Shown here piece by piece: positions 39,601 through 54,250 of a stretch of 64,000 nucleotides of DNA. Every line of letters begins with the position of its first letter. Within the stretch, counting starts at the first letter, position 1. The notes beneath the pieces were generated by a model that was not told where the DNA came from, did no database searches, and saw only the letters and a program-made list of their open reading frames with translations. The stretch comes from Eledone cirrhosa (taxonomy: Eukaryota). The stretch is from contig OZ024743.1 in NCBI GenBank assembly GCA_964016885.1, positions 322,586,001-322,650,000 of the forward strand, written 5' to 3'. The position numbers and the translations under genes are program-made.

Positions 39601-40240
39601 CGACGAAGGCGTCCAGGGTGCTAAATTGCCCTGGGGCCGGCGTCCAAGAAGATGGTCGTCGGCCCAGGGCGAGAAACGGGTCTGGGGCGTCCGGAGCCGG
39701 TGGCGTTCGGCTGAAATGTGCCTGTAGCTTAGTGCGTCGCACGAATCGCTCGACTTCCGTTCGGGTGCGGAACTCGTCGCTGAGCGGAGTGTGGGGTATG
39801 AAGCGAAGGCCTCTACTAAGGAGTGAGCGCTCAGGTGCGGAGAGGGGGAGGTCAGGGGGTATGGTGACAACAAGGGGTGGGGTTTGGGTGTTTGGGGAGG
39901 GAAGGGAGGGTGTGGTGAGGGGTGAGGTGGAGGGTGGAGATTGGGTAGGGGTGTGGGTCGGGGGATAGGTGGAGAGTGGTGGGCGTATGGGGATGGGCGG
40001 GTGGATGTGGATTGGGGGGGGGGGGGAGTGAGTGTAGCTTGCGGGCTTTGGTGGAGCTGAGGAACGAGAAGAGGTTGTGGTTGAGGTTGTGGATGAAGGA
40101 GAGGATGGCTTGGGCGAGGAGGGGGTGGCAGGTGGAGTAAAGGCGGAGGAGGGTGGGGGTCAGTTGGGGGGTCCAGTAGGCGGAGGGTGGAACGGGAGGC
40201 GCGGATGGAGTTGCGCATCAGAAGGCGTGAGGATCGGGTA
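36233..40240 (-). mobile_element. GC-rich Neptune-type PLE, frameshifted and 5' truncated
   Basis: LSRGLRFIP, KPADKGG, YFLPKLHK, GRPIVS, TLDIKSLYT, GVAMGT, GRYIDD, CSRPRCNTC and VYGLRC..YVGQT; long C/A-rich UTR; (TA)n flanks. Confidence 0.9.
36322..36353 (-). ncRNA. Minimal hammerhead in the 3' UTR of the GC-rich PLE
   Basis: CTGAAGA-A-GGGC-TTAT-GCCC-GAAA-CG-TC; stem I weak. Confidence 0.65.
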
Positions 40241-40616
40241 TATATATATATATGGAGAATAGAAATGGCTGTATAGTTGCTATTTAAGGTAACTTAAATA
40301 GCAGTGGGAATACGAAGAAAGCAAGAACAGTGGGGGGGGGGAGGCCTCATCAGTTGTCTACTGGGGGTTTAGGATATTTCTACGCTTTAAAGACAAGATA
40401 CCACTTCACCCCAGGGCGTCAATAACTGGATAAGTTATTGGGAAAACGAAGGAGGGGGAGAAGGAAAGCAAAGGGGAAGAAAAGAGAAACAATAACAAGA
40501 CAGCGAAAAATAACAACAAACCGAGCAATGTGCGAGCAACTATAGGTAGAAAATCCAAGACCACTTGATAAAAGAACTTAAGTTCGAGACCGAAATGAAA
40601 TTTCATTTTTTCCATT

Positions 40617-40710
<94 letters not shown>

Positions 40711-40835
40711 AATGGATGGAAAAAATGAAAGTTCGTTTCTCACTCTTAGTACGGTGATACTTAAATATAAGTATGTATACGTACATACATATATGTATAC
40801 AGACGTACAGTAGTATGTATATACATACATACATG

Positions 40836-40868
<33 letters not shown>

Positions 40869-41523
40869 GTACGTATGGGTTTACCGAACATTTATTATAA
40901 TGCTCGGTTTGTTTGTAAACAAACAGCCCGAATTATTAGCCGTACAGTGTTCGGCAACCATCGTTGCCATTTTGTTCAACACTGACAAAGGAACGATGAA
41001 CTAGTTTCTAGCTTATTAGCTGTCATCAGCACCGTATACCTTCCTGTCAATTGATTGAACGTTTGAAAATATATACTTTCCTTATGCATATTAACGGCTG
41101 TGTGTGTGCGTGTGTTGCTGCATCGTTTGTTAACTTAAACCAGCCACTTCATTTCGCTTCTCTCGGATCGGTTGTTTATTTGCGGTGCAAGGCGTTTGAT
41201 AAAAAGCGCTGAGTGAGTTAGTCGGCCGGACGTACTGAAAACGATAAATGCAAAAAATGAAATTTCAATTCTCACTCTTAGTACGGCTGATACTTAAATA
41301 TAAGTATGTATACGTACATACATATATGTATATATGTATACAGACGTACAGTAGTATGTATATACATACATATAATAAATGTTCGGTAAACCCATACGTA
41401 CATATATATATGTGTGCATGTATGTATGTATATACATACTACTGTACGTCTGTATACATATATGAATATACGTATACATACTTATATTTATATATGTATA
41501 TATATATGTATGCATATCTGTAT

Positions 41524-41674
<151 letters not shown>

Positions 41675-41687
41675 GTATGTATGTATG

Positions 41688-41736
<49 letters not shown>

Positions 41737-41951
41737 GTGTGTGTATTAGAAAGTGAGGTTTTTTTTACAAAATGAAAAATAACCGAGGTGTCCTACACGA
41801 GTAAAAGTATAAAGAAAAAAAGATGAAATCGAAAATGCAACTGGAGTCTTATAAAAAAAAATATATATTTATTTTGTTCCTTTACCGGTTTCTCAGTTCT
41901 TCTGCTTTTCAAAAGTAAAGTTGTGATGGAGGGTCTGTGGTGTTTCTCACA

Positions 41952-42029
<78 letters not shown>

Positions 42030-42031
<2 letters not shown>

Positions 42032-42803
42032 TATGAGAGTATTGAAGTTTGCTTGAAGCATTGTGGAATAATAGGTAAATATCTTTAAGTCGTTTGGAAG
42101 CCTCGACAATGCAAATGGGTAAATCTCCGAGTAACAAGATCCGGTGGTGGAGAGAGAGATGTAAGTGGGTGTACGTTGAGATGCGTGGTGTGTATAAGAC
42201 GTGTAGAAGAATGAAGGAAATAGTATAAAGGATAAAATAAAAATAAGAACACGAGGGAGTTATCTTGGGAGAGATTTAATTGTCCCTATATATTTCGGAT
42301 TCACATCCATCAACTGGGGGTTTTTTCCGGGGTGGGGGAAAGGTTGTCTGTCGGAAAGGTGCGAAACGCGTCCTCCGCTGTTTGTTGTTTTGAATATCTG
42401 AGGTATTCAGCAGAGCGCGCGTGCGCGTGAAATGGGGTCGGGCGGGCAGAGGTCAGCGGCAGAATGTGGGAGTGGGGTGGTGCTAGCTGTCAGTCCATTC
42501 TCTGCCTGTTTGTTAAATGTTACTGTGTGTGTGTGTGCGTGTGTTGTTGTCTCGCTTGAGTGTGTGTGTGTGTGTTGTTGCCTTGTTCCTCTGTATTGGC
42601 AGTGTAGTAAGTTCGTATGGTGGAATGCTACTGTGTGTGTGTGCGTGTGCGTGTGTAGTTGTCTCGTTTGTGTGTGTGTGTGCGTGTGTTGCTGCATCGT
42701 TTGTTAACTTAAACCAGCCACTTCATTTCGCTTCTCTCGGATCGGTTGTTTATTTGCGGTGCAAGGCGTTTGATAAAAAGCGCTTCCTTGATACGTAACT
42801 TAA

Positions 42804-42808
<5 letters not shown>
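42030..42808 (-). mobile_element. PLE 3' fragment (endonuclease C-terminus + UTR) with a variant hammerhead at 42284-42319
   Basis: KLRIKEALFIKRLAPQINNRSE. Hammerhead-like CCC-CAGTTGA-TGGAT-GTGA-ATCC-GAAA-TATA-TA-GGG. Confidence 0.6.
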
Positions 42809-42893
<85 letters not shown>

Positions 42894-42897
<4 letters not shown>

Positions 42898-44810
42898 ATA
42901 ATGATAAATGTGAAGAGTAAAATCCAAAGAGGGCTCAATAAGGATAAATATATATCAAATATATAAGAACCCGAGAGTAAATATTTATTAAAATAACAGA
43001 TTAAAGTTTAAGCAAAGAATCGTTGCTTTCACCCTTAACGGGGTCTTCTAAAACTAAAAAAATCAATCTGTGAACTCAGAAGTAAATATTTCGAAAAACG
43101 TTGCAACCGAAGGAAACAGGTAGACGATACTTTGGTTCGTGAAGACGTTCCCTGGCAATGAACGGAGCGGTTATGTGGAGCGGTGAGAACAACTACACGC
43201 AAAGATAAAACCACGTTTATGGTATAAATGGAGTCGTAGACTAATATTCTATTTAGGAAACCGAATGCTTCTCGGCTACAGAGTTAAGAATAATGTAAAT
43301 AAATTAGTAGAACGAAAATGGCAGAGGTTATTAAAATCAATAATAATTAAATATATACATACATGCATCTATATAAGTACATACACGTGCATACGCGAAA
43401 ACACTCGCCATACATGCATACACATAAACATGCGCACACATGCATAAACCCGCGCGACACAAGTTCCCGCACACATACGAACGTATACACCAAATACACA
43501 TAAAAATATATGTGTGTCTGTGTGTATGTGTGTATACATATAATTATATAACCCTATATAAATATACACACATAAATACGTGTATAGTGCACGCACACAC
43601 ATACCTACAGGTAAATACACATGTTCACCAAACGTACGTCAACCAAAACACAATATACGCATATATACGCCTTACATACGTGCAAACACGCATACACAAA
43701 CACAAAATAAACATATACACATAACCATATACACATATACCAGTATATATAATATAATATATACACCTATAACAAATACAAGCATATATACGTACGAGAT
43801 AGTTACTTACCTATACAAATAAGTAATGGTATAAACATAAAATATAATTAGCTATCACATCAAGACGTAAATTATCCGCGTATTGTTTGTACTATCCGTT
43901 AGGGTATAATGTGGGGCTGTAATACAGGAAAGTTTTATGCAATTTGTGTTTACAAGCCGAAATTGCCTCAGAGTTTTTGTTTAAGATGTGGTCATTGGCG
44001 TAGAGTATTCGACAAATCCACTCCGAGCAAGAGCTTCATTGTAACATGTGGAATGGTCGGTGAAAATATGCTCGTTTGTAGATAGACGGGAAAGCCTCAA
44101 AGAAAAGTTTCTTACCAGGTTCTTGGTTATGCTGGTAGGATGGTTAGAATGCTTACTTATGTATTTAAGCGTTTCATTCAACTTTCTATACGAGTAGTGC
44201 AAGCCATTCGACAAATTGAGGGTATGGAGAGGTTGAAGCCTTCAAAGAAGGCTGTGAGTTCTTTTCTGAACCTGTCGCAAGCGCGTGGACTGCACTTATT
44301 AATGGTCAAAAGACCGTCATCGCGGTACAAACCACCGCCCACATTGGGGTAGTCTTCCTTGATAGAGAAAAGAAGGAAAAGGCCGATATGATCTGTAACC
44401 TACGTCGAATAGGGTACTATTAGATTTTTTTATCCAAATAGAGTCGTCGAATTAATCACCGACCTACGGGCATTGAGGATGACATCAACTTCGAAATCCT
44501 TAATCCTTAACGTTTTAGCAAAATTGATAGCTCTAATAAGTGGTAAAGTGATGGAGGAGTAGTAGTTATTGATGTCGAATTGGATAAAGCGGCAATATTC
44601 CTTGTTGCATATGCCATTGAACCAATCAATCACCGCGAAAGAATTATTCCACAGTGCAAGAGGGGCCAAGCTTCTAATTTCAGGTATAATTATATCTACA
44701 ATCCTTTTACTAAGTCTACCTAAATCAGACTACGTAGGGTTAATTAGCCGAGTAGAGGGGTTGTTGGTGTTTATCCCGGGTTCAATCGGGGGTAACCACA
44801 GTAAGTAAGA
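42894..44810 (-). mobile_element. Degenerate Hydra-like PLE (RT fragments + UTR)
   Basis: LWNNS..VIDWF, FIQFDINNYYSSI, GGGLYRDDG and YISKHSNHP. Pieces of its 3' tip recur at 47222-47340 and ~61490-61540. Confidence 0.75.
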
Positions 44811-44837
44811 TACTCAATATATAGCAGAGTAAAAATA

Positions 44838-44962
44838 TTTAATATAGAAATGGCTTCTACGGAACTAGAACTGTTTTATTCGTATAGAAATCATCAGAGC
44901 TTTCCTGGTAATTTCTATACGAATGAAACAGTTCTAGTTCTGTAGAAACCATTTCTATATTT
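44838..44962. repeat. Fold-back of a hammerhead-containing PLE tip
   Basis: Inverted arms. The minus arm has CTGATGA-TTTC..GAAT-aAAA; the plus arm has GAAA-CAG..CTG-TA. Confidence 0.65.
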
Positions 44963-44988
44963 AAAAAAAAAATATATATATATATATA

Positions 44989-45073
<85 letters not shown>

Positions 45074-45404
45074 AGACTCTACAAACAGTATATCAGTCTT
45101 GATTTAGTGTACTGTTGGTGTATTTATTACATAAACCTACGTATATATGTGTACGTGTGTGTGCAAGCAGGCTTGACAAAGGAATACAACCACACGGAAT
45201 GGAGATCTCTCGTGGTCCAATACTCCATGGGAACTAAAATGAGAGAGAGAGAGAGAGTTCCACAAATTAGCAAACCATACTCGAAAACGTGCGTTTCACC
45301 AAGCGGACTTTCAACCTGAATCAGGTTGTAACTAACTCAATACCGTACTCGTCCTATGGATTGACTGCTCTACTTTCTACGGATATAACCTCCTCGTATT
45401 TTAC

Positions 45405-45458
<54 letters not shown>

Positions 45459-45552
45459 TCAGTATAAGATGCACCTAGAAAAACAGTCATATGAGACGAG
45501 CAAACAATTGTTTCTCTAGACCTCTTCAGTCACCTTCTGGCAGGCAATTATA

Positions 45553-45614
<62 letters not shown>

Positions 45615-45936
45615 TTTTCGCTCCGACATATCTATATACATATAAGTATGTGAATTTTGTATGTCTAATGATATACGGCATGTTTACGAATAGACATTTG
45701 GAAAGCCTTTTAGCTATGAATATTGAAAAGCTGACGGCTAACGCCGTCTAGCGATTTCCGGCAGAATCAGTGGTGGACAACAGCCAACGCGTATCTGACT
45801 CAGGTCCTCATCAGGCCCGTGCTTCCCCTGCTCTGCTCTCTGTTGAAATTCGAAACTGGCAAAAAAAAATGTTCGCCTGTGTAAATGGGCTGATTAGCCT
45901 CATTTGCATATGGAGCTGTCAAGCCAGGTCAGCTTG

Positions 45937-47162
45937 GAAGAAGAAGAAGAAGAAGAAGAAGAAGAAGAAGAAGAAGAAGAAGAAGAAGAAGAAGAAGAAG
46001 AAGAAGAAGAAGAAGAAGAAGAAGAAGAAGAAGAAGAAGAAGAAGAAAATTTGAACTGAGATCTTGAAGGTGTGTAACACAAATGAGCTACCCGTTCACC
46101 ACCCGTGTCTACACCCACTCCATTGCTGTTCCATGTTGAACAAAGTAACAAGTGCAGTTGTGTCTGGGGAGTGTGTTAAGTGAAAGACAGTGTCAAGTTG
46201 TTGTGGTTGTGGTGGTGGTGGTGGTGGGTGGCTGCAAGTGTTGGGTGGTAGAGGGTGGATGTGGTGGTGGGTGATTGTGACTGTGGTGGTGGTGGATACT
46301 GGTGGTGATGGTGGTGGTGTTAGGTGGTGGTGGTAGTGGTGGTAGTGGTGTTGTGTGGTGGTGGTGGTGGTGGTGGTGGTGGTGGTGGTGGTGGTGGTGG
46401 TGGTGTTTGCTTGTGAGTGCTGGGTGGTAGAGGGTCCTGGGTGTTGTGGTGGTAGATGGTTGTGGTGGTGGGTGGTTGTTATGATGGGTGGTGGTTGTGG
46501 TGGTGGTGTGTGGTTGTGGCTGTGGTGGTGGTGGTTGTGGTGGTGATTGTTTGTGATGGTTGGTGGGTGGTTGGCTGTGGTGTTGGAAGGTTTGGGTGGT
46601 GAGTGGTTGGTTATGGTGGTGGTTGGATGGGGTAGTGTTTGGTAGTGGTGGTTGTGGGTGGTTGTGGTGGTGGTGGTGGGAGCGTAAACCCAGCAATTCC
46701 TTCTAACTTCCTTCATGTTAGTCGTTGCTGGTGGTTAATCTTCTCACACACCTCAAAAGGCTTTTCAAAACCAAGCCATGTCTGCTGCCTACAGCAGACA
46801 TGGCTTGTCATGCATATATACACTCATACACACAGTCACACGTACACACACACATACATACATACACTTACGGCTTGTCATATACATATGCACCCATTCA
46901 CACGTACACACACACACACACGGCTTGTCATGCACATATGCACCCACTCACACGTACACACACACATACATACATAGATTGTTTTGCACATATACACCCA
47001 GTCACACGTACACTCATATGGCTTGTCATGTACATATACACCCAGTCACACGTACTCACATGCATACACACATGGTTGGCATGCACATATGCACCCACTG
47101 ACACGTACACTCACATACATACATATACATACAAGCAGACATGGCTTGTTATGCATATGTAT

Positions 47163-47165
<3 letters not shown>
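45937..47165. repeat. (GAA)n at 45937-46047, degenerate (TGG)n at 46190-46680, CA-rich minisatellite at 46795-47165
   Basis: Direct reading. Confidence 0.9.
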
Positions 47166-47226
<61 letters not shown>

Positions 47227-47333
47227 ATAATAATAAAATTGAAGACTAAAATCCAAAGAGGGCTCGATAAGGAAAATATATATCGGGTGAAAGCAGCGAT
47301 TCTTTGCTTAAACTTTAATCTGTTATTTTAATA

Positions 47334-47370
<37 letters not shown>

Positions 47371-47528
47371 ATATATAATATATGTGGATAGTTCAGTTTT
47401 AAATCAACATATGAGAAGTAGTTTTAGATTGTTCTTATATATTATGTATACTCCAGTCCTACAAACTGTAGAGTGCTTCTTATCCGATATCTGCATTGCT
47501 TTATTGTACTACAATAAAACTCACCTCC

Positions 47529-48050
<522 letters not shown>

Positions 48051-48194
48051 TATATATATATATATATATATATTTATCCATTCACACTTATACCCACATG
48101 TGCACAGAGAGAGAGGGGGGTTGGGGGAGTCACAGAAACGGGCATGCACACATACACATAAACTCTCATGCAGAAACACACCACGCAGACACAT

Positions 48195-49259
48195 AAACTC
48201 ATGTATACGCACTAACACACACGCATACAGACACAAACTCATATGTATTCACACTAACACACATACGCACTAACACACACGCATACAGACACAAACTCAT
48301 ATGTATTCACACTAACACACGTACGAACTACCACACACGCATACAGACACAAACTCATATGTATTCACACTAACACACGTACGAACTACCACACACGCAT
48401 ACAGACACACACACACTCATATGTATTCACACTAACACACATACGAACTACCACACACGCATACAGACACACACACACTCATATGTATTCACACTAACAC
48501 ACGTACGAACTACCACACACGCATACAGACACAAACTCATATGTATTCACACTAACACACATACGAACTACCACACACGCATACAGACACACACACACTG
48601 ATATGTATTCACACTAACACACATACGAACTACCACACACGCATACAGACACACACACACTCATATGTATTCACACTAACACACGTACGAACTACCACAC
48701 ACGCATACAGACACACACACACTCATATGTATTCACACTAACACACATACGAACTACCACACACGCATACGTATTCACACTAACACACATACGCACTAAC
48801 ACATGCATACAGACACAAACACATATGTACTCACACTAACACACAGACTCACATGCACACACACTCACACAAACTTACATATATACACGCACACATATAA
48901 CACACAAAATCCTGGCAAATTATGTGGCTACAACTAACACTACAACAACTACTAACACTATCACCAATACTACAACTACTACTACTACTACTACAAACAC
49001 TACCATGCATACTACGACTGCTACTAACACTACCACCAATACTACTACTACTAACACCACCACTGCTACAACTAACACTACCACTACTACTACTAAGACT
49101 ACCACCAATACTACAACTAACACTACCACTACTACTACTAAGACTACCACCAATACTACAACTAACACGACCACTACTACAAATAGTAACACTACCACCA
49201 ATACTAGAACTAATACCACCACAACCACCACTAATACTGCTTACTACTAGTATCACAAT

Positions 49260-49350
<91 letters not shown>

Positions 49351-49387
49351 GGTGAGGGTAGTAGTAGTAGTAGCAGCAGCAGCAGCA

Positions 49388-49419
<32 letters not shown>

Positions 49420-49420
49420 T
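48195..49420. repeat. ~60-bp CA-rich minisatellite (48195-48850), followed by degenerate (CTA)n and (TAG)n
   Basis: Unit ACTCATATGTATTCACACTAACACAC(G/A)TACGAACTACCACACACGCATACAGACAC repeated about ten times. Confidence 0.9.
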
Positions 49421-49524
49421 TTTACATGTTCCTGTATGGGTGTCATGTTATTCAACATGTCACCAATGTGTCTACTATTTTAACATTTATTTTATCTTTT
49501 ATTCATATACACACAACCTGTATG

Positions 49525-49561
<37 letters not shown>

Positions 49562-49800
49562 CGAAGGAAAAGTGGTAAGGAACCAGATGGACCATAACGC
49601 ACCAAAGTACTCAATACTTAGGGTAATAGAGTGGGTAATAGGAACCAGTAAGACCCCGACGGCTGAGCTCAAGCCGTTTCGACGGCTAATTCTGGACTAA
49701 TTCTGGCTAATTCTAGACTTTTTTTTTTTTTTTTTTTTTTTTTTAGTCCAGAATTAGCCGTCGAAACGGCTTGAGCTCAGCCGTCGGGGTCTTACTGGTT

Positions 49801-49846
<46 letters not shown>

Positions 49847-49938
49847 GGAGGTGAGTTTTTATTGTAGTACAATAAAGCAATGCAGATATCGATATGCGCA
49901 TAATAAAATACATGGAACTCTTTTAACCATCTTTTGTT

Positions 49939-50008
<70 letters not shown>

Positions 50009-50371
50009 AATAAGGGCGCTGCGGAGTTGCAAATGGGTTACATATGAAAAAAGTTTGTCCTTCATCAGTGATTTTGTTGGGGCATTGATTTTATTTGTGA
50101 TATATTTTTTTTATTGTTTTTGTTCAATTGCTTTAAAATAACATATTGAACAAAAAAAACGATCACAAAAACAACAATGACATCAAAGAAAGACTTTAAA
50201 ATAAATGGACGCTCTATCTCAAAATTATTTTTGAAAAGCATTAGAAATGCGCAACCGGTAAAACTAAAAACCAAAACTGAATACTAACCAATACTATTAC
50301 TAATTCTCACTTATTCCTAATTAAACTATTTTTCACTGTGAACAATTTGTCAGTATTTTCTATTCCGTTTA

Positions 50372-50465
<94 letters not shown>

Positions 50466-50576
50466 CACACACACATCTATATATATATGTAAGTATTCAC
50501 ACGTTCACATATATATATACACGTGTGCATACTTACATGTATGTATCAGCTGTGCTAGAGCGAGAAATAAAATTCT

Positions 50577-50608
<32 letters not shown>

Positions 50609-51147
50609 GCATACAGACACAAACACAGTATATATTTGTGCATGTCTGTCTCTGTAAATATATGCATACACATATGTATATATATGTGTGAGTGTGTGTG
50701 CGTGTGTTATGGTATATAGTATAGCCAGACAATGAATCACTGACATGTCCAGGAACTTTATTCAACATCAACTCATGATTTCCACTTCTTTAAAGGGTCC
50801 TTTCTTTCTCAGAGATCTTGTATTTGCTTCCTTTGTAACGCGACCCTTCCCTTTTATATCGTTGGCTACAAACGTCTTTGGAGAGCAGCTGTCTTGTAAG
50901 AAAACCACAAGAGTTGGGGGCCACCTTTGTGGTTTGATTTGCTGTATTTTAAACTGTCCTTCTCGTTGTTATTGTTCTTGTTCCTACACTTTTCTGTGTT
51001 ACTGATTTTAAAATATAAAAGAAAGTAGAAAGCCACCAAATTGATGTCTATTTGTCCATCATTCTTGATAAGACAGGTACACACACATCCGGTGAATAAT
51101 GTAATGTCAGTCATTTTTTATAATGAGTATATGTATATCTACATACA

Positions 51148-51148
<1 letters not shown>

Positions 51149-51187
<39 letters not shown>

Positions 51188-52830
51188 GTTTAACGTCCAT
51201 CTTCCACGCTAGCATGGGTTTAGACGGGAATTTTCCCACTTGAGGCAAGATTGGTTGTCTTGCTCGTATAGGACTGTCTGGCGGGTTTTCTACGGCTGGA
51301 TGCCCTTCCTAACACCAACCACGTTACAGTGTGGACTGGGAGGTTTTACCGTTTTACCTACACGGCCACATTACAGCGTGGACTGTGTGTTTTTTTTTTT
51401 GTTGTGACACCTACACGACCTCATTTATTTAGGACTGGATGCTGTGGTACCAACATCACTTTACATCGAAAGGGGTGGTGTGGATGGGGTGGGGGTAGTG
51501 GGACAGGGGTGTATTTTGGTAAGAGGTGCCTACTGACTGTAGATTTCGCTTTGCACTTAGGCAAGGCGGGTCTTCTGTATAACTGTGTAGCGCCAAAGAT
51601 CTCGGTCCAGTGACATTGTCTTGGAGAGGTGTAAGTGTGTGAGGTCGGAATTTATCAAGTCGTCCCAGGTTTTTCTGGGTCTGCCTACTCCGTGGCTACC
51701 GTCTATTTTGATCGCCCTGCACTTTTTTATACAGCTGTCGTCTTTCATGCGCATCACGTGACCATACCAACGTAGTCTTCTCTCGAGTAAACAACATCTG
51801 ATCCCTCTTATTCCTAATTTCTCACTTAGTTCATTTATGCTTTGCCGTTCACGTATTACACATCCAACGGAGCATGCAAGCTTCGTTCCTCTCCAGTCTG
51901 CGTAGATCCTCTGCACACAATGTCCAAGTCTCACTGCCATGTAACATCGCTGTTCGTATGCAGGCATCATACAGCCTGCCTTTCATTTTTAGAGAGAAAC
52001 CTTTAGCGGCCAATACTCTGAACTTTTTCCATCCAGTTCTGACTCTAGCTACTGTACTTTAGAGCACCCTCCACCACTGCTGATTTTGTCACCCAAGTAA
52101 CGGAAGGTGTCCACTATTTCTATAGAACCATCTGTGCAATGGAATGAGCTAGAATTCTGTGGGCACTTGCTGCTACTTATTGCACCAGAGCACCGGCCAC
52201 ATATAAAATCTATGTTCTTAGTTAGCTTACCTGTGATCCCACTACATCTTTTATGCACCCATACTTTGCGTTTGAGACATAAAATGGAGTTTCTACCTAC
52301 TCCTTTCCTACACACTGAGCATGGCCATTTCCCGGATGGGACCGGTGCCCTATTTTCCTTCCTACAAACTAGAACTTTAGTCTTAGACAGGTTAATTTTA
52401 AGGCCTTTTGATTCTAGGCCATGCTTCCATGTTTGGAATTTCTTCTCTAGTTCAGCCATTGATTCAGCTATAAGCGTTAGATCACCAGCGTATAGGAGTT
52501 CCCATGGGCAGCCGGTCTTGAACTCCTCTGTTATAGCCTGAAGGGCAATAATAATTAGGAGGGGGCTAAGGACGGAGCCCTGGTGAACTTTTACACTAAA
52601 CTCTTCACTATATTCGTTGTTAATTCTAACATTGCTGACTGTTTCTTTTCCATGGCTTGTATAGCTCTCACAAGCCATTCATCAACACCTAGTTTTCTGA
52701 GAGCCCACCAGATAATGGGGCGTAGGACTCTGTCAAAGGCTTTCTCCAAGTCAACAAAAGCTAAGTATAGGGGTTTACTTTTAGCTAGGTACTTCTCCTG
52801 TAGTTGTCGTACAATGAAAAGCGTCTGTGG
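51149..52830 (-). mobile_element. 5' truncated RTE-clade LINE with (TGA)n tail
   Basis: LAFVDLEKAFDRV, VHQGSVLSPLL, LLYAGDL, a Cys-rich WPCSVC..WVHKRC insert, RRLRWYGHVMR and GRPRKTW. Confidence 0.9.
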
Positions 52831-52855
52831 CACATATGTATATATATATATATAT

Positions 52856-52904
<49 letters not shown>

Positions 52905-53005
52905 GATTAATTGGATTATTTCTTCATAACGTTAAACTAATATATATAACCATTGCTCTGTGTTGTTCTCACGTGTTGATTTTTTGCACGCCCCTCCCCC
53001 CTCCC

Positions 53006-53096
<91 letters not shown>

Positions 53097-53705
53097 AAAG
53101 AATGAAGCGAAATTTCATTTCTCACTCTTAGTACGGCTGATACTTAAATATAAGTATGTATACAGACGTACAGTATATACATGCACACATATATATATAT
53201 ATGTACGTATGGCTTTACCGAACATTTATTATAATTCTCGGTTTGTTTGTAATACATATACATGCGTATACATACTTATATTTAAGTAACATCCGTACTA
53301 AGAGTGAGAAATGAAATTTCGTTTCATTCTATTCCATTTATCGGTACGCCCGGCCGACTAACTCACTCGATATGCAAATTAGGCTGCTCAGCCGTTAATA
53401 TGCATAAGGAAAGTATATACTTTCAAACGTTCAATCATCTGACAGGAAGGTATACGATGCTGACGATAGTTAATAAGCTTGAAACTAGTTCATCGTTCCT
53501 TTGTCAGTGTTGAACAAAAGGGCAACGATGGTTGCCGAACACTATACGGCGTAATTCGGGCTGTTTGTTTACAAACAAACCGAACATTATAATAAATGTT
53601 CGGTAAAACCATACGTACATATATATATATGTGTGTGTGTGCATGTATGTATATATATACATACTACTGTACGTCTGTATACATATATGTATGTACGTAT
53701 ACATA

Positions 53706-53743
<38 letters not shown>

Positions 53744-53750
<7 letters not shown>

Positions 53751-53901
53751 TAGAAGCTTTCGCCGTATTTTTGACTGAAGAAATTTTAGTCTGATAGTGG
53801 GGTTTAGAACCCTCTAAGAAATGGAAAAAGACGGTTCTAAACCCCACTATCAGACTAAAATTTCTTTAGTAAAAAATACGGCGTAAACTTCTATTTCTAA
53901 T
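53744..53901. repeat. Inverted repeat with ~68-bp arms, between (TA)n tracts
   Basis: 53744-53811 is the reverse complement of 53832-53901, with few mismatches. Confidence 0.85.
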
Positions 53902-54094
53902 TTCAAAACTCGCTCGCTGTTTCAATAAACTTACTAGTTATATATATATATATATACACACAAAACAGTATATAGAGAGAAACACACAAAGAGGTGTGTT
54001 TAATTATAGGAGATAGAAAACCACCAGAGTGACGGACATATTGTCTACGAAACGAATTTTTTCCTGAGTAACTTCTATCGGTTTTTTAAAATTA

Positions 54095-54194
54095 AACTCT
54101 GATGACACCCACGGTCTACACTCACTAATGGCAAATTGTTAAATAAAAGGATTTACTATAGGTAGCATAACCTGGGTAGAAACAATTGTCAGTT
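54095..54194 (+). ncRNA. Type I hammerhead with long stem II
   Basis: AACT-CTGATGA-C-ACCCA...TGGGT-A-GAAA-CAATTG-TC-AGTT. Confidence 0.7.
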
Positions 54195-54250
54195 ATTAAA
54201 AGCCTTAAACACTTAACTCTCTCTTTGGTTTGTAAACAAACTGTAACTAT

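Noticed and set aside
45285-45540. Two partial hammerhead-like motifs (similar ones at 40346, 43030 and 58620)
   Set aside because: Stem I, stem II or one core half is missing.
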